A stretch of DNA of 64,000 bases, taken from assembly GCA_044223005.1 (NCBI GenBank), contig JBGAML010000008.1:129931-193930 (forward strand), written 5' to 3'. The translations under genes and the position numbers were made by a program. This stretch comes from Candidatus Eiseniibacteriota bacterium. GTDB lineage: Bacteria > Eisenbacteria > RBG-16-71-46. Shown here piece after piece: positions 59,160 to 64,000 of the stretch. Within the stretch, counting starts at the first letter, position 1; each line of letters opens with the position of its first letter. The notes under the pieces were generated by a model, which made no database searches, was not told where the DNA came from, and saw only the letters and a program-made list of their open reading frames with translations.

Positions 59160-61055
59160 GTGGTGAGCCTTCGCATCGAGCGCATGGATCGCGCCTGGGC
59201 CATGGCCCTCGCGTGCCTGTTCCTGGCCGCGCCCGCGCGCGCCGAGATCACGTCGATCGCGAAGCCGATCGTCGAGCACTGGATCACCGCGAGCGGCGGC
59301 CGCGACGCGATGCTCGCCGACACGCTCGTGCACCGGAAGGGCCGGCTCGTCGCCGAGGGCCTGCGCGGCACGTTCGACCAGTGGAGCGCGGGGCCGGGCC
59401 GGCTGCTCGAGGAGACGAATCTCGGCGGCACCCGGGAACGCGCCGGACTCGCCGACACGATCGGCTGGCGCACCGATCTCACCACGCGCAAGGTCACACC
59501 GCTCGAAGGCAAGGACCTCGAAGCCCTGCGCGCCGAGGCCTGGTTCGCCGCCGAGCAATGGGCGCGCGACGACCAGGGCGGCGGGCACGTGCGCATGGGT
59601 CAGACCGCGTACGCGAGCGGGCGCTCGCAGGTCTCGCTCGAGATCACGCCGCCCGTCGGGCCCATGAAGACGTTGTGGTTCGACACCGAGACCGGCCTCA
59701 TCACGCGCATCACGCACCACCGCGACCAGTACGCGTGGGACGAGTACTACTCGGCGTGGAAGCTGCGCGCGGGGCGCAAGCGCTGGACGGTCGCGGTCGA
59801 GGGCGACTCGGCGCGGTTCGCGGCCGGGTTCGTGCGCCACGACGTGGACTCGGTGCGCGCCGAGGCGCCGCGCGATCCGGCGGCGTTCCAGCCGCCCGCT
59901 TCGGGCACGAAGCCGGTCACGTGGCTCAAGACGAAGGGCGTCGCCCGCATCCCGTTCCACTACCGGCGCGGCCACGTGTGGATCCGCGCGTCGATCAACG
60001 GCAGCGCGCCCGCCGACTTCATCCTCGACACCGGCTGCACCATGACGGCGCTCGACGAGATCTGGTCGCGCAGCATCGGCCTCGAGACCGAGGGCGCGAT
60101 GGCCGCGCAGGGCGTGGGCGGCATCGGCACCGGCGGCTGGAGCCGCATCCGCTCGCTCAAGGTCTACGGCGCCAACGGCGACGGCGTCGAGGTGCCCAAC
60201 CTGCGCGCGGCGGTGCTCGGGCTCACGGATACGATGGAGCGCTTCGACTGGGACGACACCGCGGGGCTCGTGGGCTACGACTTCCTGAGCCGCTTCGTGG
60301 TCACGATCGACTTCGACCAGCAGGTCGTGACCCTGCGCGATCCGGCCACGTTCACCTACACGGGCACCGGCAGGCCCGTGCCGTTCACGCTGCACGCGGG
60401 CATCCCCACCGTGGACGTCACGCTCAACGGCACGTGCCGCGGGCGGTTCATCGTCGACGTCGGCAACGCGACGCCGATGGCGGTGAACGCCGAACAGGTC
60501 GACGCGTGCCGGCTGTTCGGCGGCAATCGCAAGGAAGTGCAGCACTGGGTCGGAGGCATCGGCGGCGCGTTCCCCGAGACCGTGTGCCGGCTCGACAGCG
60601 TGAGCGTGGGCCCGTTCTCGTGGCCCGAGCCCGTCGCGGGGCTCACCCTGCATCATCTGGGCGGCGCGGGCAGCCGCGAGATCCAGGGCAATCTCGGCAC
60701 GAGCGTGCTCGACCGCTTCGTGTGCACGTTCGACTACGCGCGCGGCACGCTGTGGCTGCAGCCGGGCGCACGGTTCGCGGCACGCGAGTCGTTCTCGCGC
60801 TCCGGCCTCTTCCTCGTGCGCTGGTCCGGACGCGTCTACATCGCCGGCGTGGTGCGGCACTCGCCGGCCGCGGACGCGGGCTTCAAGGTGCGCGACGTGG
60901 TGAAGGCGGTCGACGGCAAGCCGGTCGAACGCTGGACGCCGGAGCAGTTGCTGGCGCTCTTTCGCGACGGCACGGTGGGCACCACCGTCGTCGTGACGGT
61001 CGAGCGCGACCTGCGCGATCAGGACATCGAGTTGACACTCGCCGACGTGTTGTAA
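59160..61055 (+). CDS. Exported tandem retropepsin-like aspartyl protease with PDZ domain
   Basis: FILDTG...GLVGYDFL; FIVDVG...GNLG; SPAADAG...DVVKAVDG. Start uncertain (59109/59160/59184). Confidence 0.85.
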   Translation: MVSLRIERMDRAWAMALACLFLAAPARAEITSIAKPIVEHWITASGGRDAMLADTLVHRKGRLVAEGLRGTFDQWSAGPGRLLEETNLGGTRERAGLADTIGWRTDLTTRKVTPLEGKDLEALRAEAWFAAEQWARDDQGGGHVRMGQTAYASGRSQVSLEITPPVGPMKTLWFDTETGLITRITHHRDQYAWDEYYSAWKLRAGRKRWTVAVEGDSARFAAGFVRHDVDSVRAEAPRDPAAFQPPASGTKPVTWLKTKGVARIPFHYRRGHVWIRASINGSAPADFILDTGCTMTALDEIWSRSIGLETEGAMAAQGVGGIGTGGWSRIRSLKVYGANGDGVEVPNLRAAVLGLTDTMERFDWDDTAGLVGYDFLSRFVVTIDFDQQVVTLRDPATFTYTGTGRPVPFTLHAGIPTVDVTLNGTCRGRFIVDVGNATPMAVNAEQVDACRLFGGNRKEVQHWVGGIGGAFPETVCRLDSVSVGPFSWPEPVAGLTLHHLGGAGSREIQGNLGTSVLDRFVCTFDYARGTLWLQPGARFAARESFSRSGLFLVRWSGRVYIAGVVRHSPAADAGFKVRDVVKAVDGKPVERWTPEQLLALFRDGTVGTTVVVTVERDLRDQDIELTLADVL

Positions 61056-61150
61056 GGTTCCGCGCAAGCGTGTCACGCCGCCGGCGGACCGCGCGTAGGG
61101 GCCGTGTTCGCGCCCGTTCCGGGCGCGCGTCATCCCGTCGAGGAGTCGTC

Positions 61151-61804
61151 ATGTTCCGCGTTCCGCTGCCCCGCACGTTCGTCGCGGCATTCGTCGCCGC
61201 GCTGCTCGCCTCGCCCGCACTCGCCGCTCCGGCCGCCGCGCCGCGCGCCGTGGCCGCGAAGCCCGACACCGCGATCTTCGCGGGCGGCTGCTTCTGGTGC
61301 ATGGAAGCGCAGTTCGAGGGCTTCGCCGGCGTGAAGGCCGTGATCTCCGGCTACACCGGCGGCTTCAAGGCCCACCCGACCTACGAAGAAGTCGGCGCGC
61401 ACATGACCGGGCACCTCGAGTCGGTCGAGATCGTGTTCGACCCGGCGAAGGTCACGTACGAACAGCTCCTCGACCGCTTCTGGCACGGCATCGACCCGAC
61501 GCAGGACGACGGCCAGTTCTGCGACATCGGCGAGACCTACCGCAGCGCGATCTTCGTGCGCGACGCGTCGCAGCGCCGGCTCGCGCAGGCTTCGCTCGAT
61601 GCGCTCGCGAGCTCGGGCGTGCTCAAGAAGAAGATCGTCACGCGCATCCTGCCGGCCAAGATGTTCTGGCCCGCCGAGGAGTACCACCAGGACTTCTGGA
61701 AGAAGGACCCGCGCCGCTACCACGAGTATCGCGAGGGCTGCGGCCGCGACCGGCGCCTCGCGCAGCTCTGGGGCGCGAAGGCCGTGAAGCCGCTCGTCTA
61801 CTAG
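61151..61804 (+). CDS. msrA: Peptide-methionine (S)-S-oxide reductase with signal peptide
   Basis: FAGGCFWC, SGYTGG, PTYEEV, YRSAIF, FWPAEEYHQD; AGGAG RBS. Confidence 0.95.
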   Translation: MFRVPLPRTFVAAFVAALLASPALAAPAAAPRAVAAKPDTAIFAGGCFWCMEAQFEGFAGVKAVISGYTGGFKAHPTYEEVGAHMTGHLESVEIVFDPAKVTYEQLLDRFWHGIDPTQDDGQFCDIGETYRSAIFVRDASQRRLAQASLDALASSGVLKKKIVTRILPAKMFWPAEEYHQDFWKKDPRRYHEYREGCGRDRRLAQLWGAKAVKPLVY

Positions 61805-61862
61805 GCGGCACCGGGGCGCTTCGCGAGGGCGGTACGCGCCGCGCGGAGCGCCCGAGTCGTGG

Positions 61863-63296
61863 TCAGACGGACCCGCGCTTGATCGCGGTGCGCACGAGCC
61901 ACCACACGAGCCCGACCAGCACGAGGCCCGAGTCCCACGCGCGGTAGGGTGTGGGCACGCCGCGGACGGGCAGCACGCCGTCGACCAGCACTTCGGCGGC
62001 ACTCGCGCTCGCACGCTCCGCGATCACGCGGCCGCAGGGATCGCTCAACGTGAGCGAGCCCTCCTGCGCGCAGCGCGCGACCGAGTAGCCGCCCTCGACG
62101 CCGCGCAGGATGGCCATGCGCGCGTGCAGCCACGCGTCGTCGCCGAAGTCCCACGCGGGCACGAGCATCAGGCCGATGGCGTCGTCGGCGTAGCGTTCGG
62201 TCCACCACGGGAAATCCATGTCCTTGCAGATCGCGACCCCGAGCGTGGGGCCGCCGCGATCGAACAGCACCATGGGCTCTTCGCCGGCCGTGTAGCCCGC
62301 TTCCCAGCCGGGAACGAGGTGCACCTTGTCGTAGTCGCGAGGCTCGTCGCCGGCGTACGTCACCCATGCGCGGTTGCGCTTCGAGTGGGCGAACGTGCGA
62401 TTCACGCCCGCCACCAGCACCACGCGATCTCGGCGCGCGATCGCGCGCACGGTCGCCACGGCGGTGTCGGCCGCGCCGTCGGCGACGCCGACCAACTTCT
62501 CGGGTAGCACCACGATCTCCGCGCCGCGTGCCGCCAGCCGGTCCACCCGGTCGCCGTACGCGCGCAGGACCGCGAGCGTGGAGTCGGTTCGGCGCGTGTC
62601 GAAGTTCGGGATCGAGAGGTCCGAGACCGCGAGGCCCACGTGTCGCGTGGGCCCCGGGAGCGGCTCGTGCAGCCGCCACACGCCCCAGCCGAACGCGAGC
62701 GCCGCGAGCAGCGCCGCGGGCGCGAGCGCCTGCGCCACGTCGCGCGCGCGCGCGCGATGGTGCCACGCGAACGCGAGCGCCGAGCCCGCGAGCATGACGA
62801 GGAACGCGATCGCGACGTGCCCGCCGATCGCGGCCAGCTGCACGACCGGCAGCGCGTCCATCTGCGAGTACGCCACGCTGCCCCAGCTGCCGTGCACGGA
62901 CGACACCGCGGTGATCCACTCGTAGGCGGCCCACGCGGTGGGGAAGGCGAACGGGCCCCAGAAGGGCCCCAACCGCGGTGCGGCGGCGCGCATGATCGCG
63001 GCCGAGACGCCGAAGACGATCGCCGGACCGAAGAGCGCGAGGAGCACCGCGGGGATCGGGAGCAGCCCGGCCAGGTACTTCACCATGCCGAGGCTGCCCA
63101 CGAGCCACGCGATCGTCGCGAGGATCCCGGCGCGGCGCGGCGTCGATTCGGCGAGCGCGAGCGCGAGCACCGGAGCGGGAGCGATCCACGCGACCCACGC
63201 GATCGGGTGCAGCCCGCCGCCCAGCAGGAAGCCTGCGCCCGACGCCGCGACGTCGAACGCGGCGCCGCGGACCGGGGTGCGATCGGGAGCGGGCAT
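61863..63296 (-). CDS. Lnt-like membrane protein with carbon-nitrogen hydrolase (nitrilase) domain
   Basis: TM region with W...EW, WGSVAYSQ; triad motifs LPEK, YDKVHLVP, ICKD; RGVEGG. Confidence 0.8.
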   Translation of the reverse strand: MPAPDRTPVRGAAFDVAASGAGFLLGGGLHPIAWVAWIAPAPVLALALAESTPRRAGILATIAWLVGSLGMVKYLAGLLPIPAVLLALFGPAIVFGVSAAIMRAAAPRLGPFWGPFAFPTAWAAYEWITAVSSVHGSWGSVAYSQMDALPVVQLAAIGGHVAIAFLVMLAGSALAFAWHHRARARDVAQALAPAALLAALAFGWGVWRLHEPLPGPTRHVGLAVSDLSIPNFDTRRTDSTLAVLRAYGDRVDRLAARGAEIVVLPEKLVGVADGAADTAVATVRAIARRDRVVLVAGVNRTFAHSKRNRAWVTYAGDEPRDYDKVHLVPGWEAGYTAGEEPMVLFDRGGPTLGVAICKDMDFPWWTERYADDAIGLMLVPAWDFGDDAWLHARMAILRGVEGGYSVARCAQEGSLTLSDPCGRVIAERASASAAEVLVDGVLPVRGVPTPYRAWDSGLVLVGLVWWLVRTAIKRGSV

Positions 63297-63388
63297 GCGC
63301 GCATGCTGGAGCAGGCGCGTGCGCTCGGCAACCGCGAACGTGCCGGCGGCTGTTTGGCGGCGGAAACGCGTGGGGGTACGGTGCGCGC

Positions 63389-63751
63389 ATGCCCATCCAC
63401 ATTCCGAGCCCCACCGTCGTCGAGGCGGCGGGCAACAAGCCGAAGCGCATCGAGGAGTTCGTCGGCCGCGTCAACACCGGCGAGGACCGCGTCAGCATCG
63501 CCCGCATGAGCAGCCCGCCGGGTTGGGTCGAGCCCGCGCAGCGTCCGGACTTCGACGAGTGGACGCTCGTGCTGGAAGGCCGCCTGCACGTCGAGCACGA
63601 CGGCGGCAGCATGGTCGTGGCGGCCGGCGAGGCCGTGCTCGTGAAGGCGGGAGAGCGCGTACGCTACTCGACGCCCGAGGGCGACGGTGCGCGCTACGTC
63701 GCGGTCTGCCTGCCGGCCTTCTCGCCGGCGACCGTGCATCGCGAGGACTGA
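63389..63751 (+). CDS. Cupin domain protein
   Basis: KRIEEFVGRVN, GWVEPAQRPDFDEWTLVLEG, VCLPAFSP. Confidence 0.85.
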   Translation: MPIHIPSPTVVEAAGNKPKRIEEFVGRVNTGEDRVSIARMSSPPGWVEPAQRPDFDEWTLVLEGRLHVEHDGGSMVVAAGEAVLVKAGERVRYSTPEGDGARYVAVCLPAFSPATVHRED

Positions 63752-63823
63752 AACGGCCGCGCCGCGGGTCCCGTTGTGCTCGGATGAATGCAGTTGGCGC
63801 GGGAGGTGCAGTGATCCTCCGGC

Positions 63824-64000
63824 ATGACGACCTTCATCCCGCCGTTCTGCCCCAACCCGCGCTGTCGCTACCACAAGGCCGAGCGTGCCTTGTGGCGCTG
63901 GTCCCACGCCGGCTACTACACCCGCCAGGCCAGCCCCCGGCGCATCGCCCGTTTCCGCTGTGACCACTGTGGGCGCAACTTCTCCACCCAGACCTTCGCC
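63824..64000 (+). mobile_element. 5' end of a probable IS transposase with N-terminal zinc ribbon (IS1-like); truncated by the window edge
   Basis: My translation (absent from the ORF track): MTTFIPPFCPNPRCRYH...GYY...RFRCDHCGRNFSTQTFA. No catalytic domain or IR is visible. Confidence 0.55.

Noticed and set aside
61863..63296. Calling this gene lnt
   Set aside because: Motifs deviate from canonical Lnt (ICKD rather than ICYE; no QGN/QPN or NDAW motif), so it is kept as Lnt-like.

Overview
A very GC-rich, gene-dense bacterial chromosomal segment with about 43 coding regions. I recognised no rRNA, tRNA or CRISPR array. The protein style suggests an FCB-group lineage such as Ca. Eisenbacteria, Latescibacteria or Krumholzibacteria (inference). 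Contents: seven large secreted proteins ending in an Arg-rich T9SS-type-A/FlgD-like C-terminal domain (arylsulfotransferase, PQQ-dehydrogenase/multiheme fusion, GH44, C25 gingipain-like protease, an unknown Trp/Tyr-rich protein, a cohesin/dockerin-like Ser/Cys-rich protein, GH57+CBM). Also present are a hybOABC+protease [NiFe]-hydrogenase operon, gcvP, a hybrid kinase, a Rieske-SDR pair, GH13, an amidase with a Tat-bearing partner, a rhomboid, a PorT-like barrel, glycosylation genes, ABC-F, Fpg/Nei, msrA, a pentaheme cytochrome and the start of a probable IS transposase at the right edge. Best leads: (1) a surface-targeted PQQ sugar dehydrogenase fused to a pentaheme cytochrome; (2) tandem genes sharing an identical C-terminal STWGRLKALYR tail, a candidate second sorting signal; (3) a protein carrying both cohesin-like and dockerin-like modules plus odd repeated peptide cassettes; (4) a Cyc2-like heme module fused to a tetraheme domain. 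All family calls come from motif recognition by eye; no searches were run. Many starts were moved from the ORF track using RBS, overlap or signal-peptide evidence.
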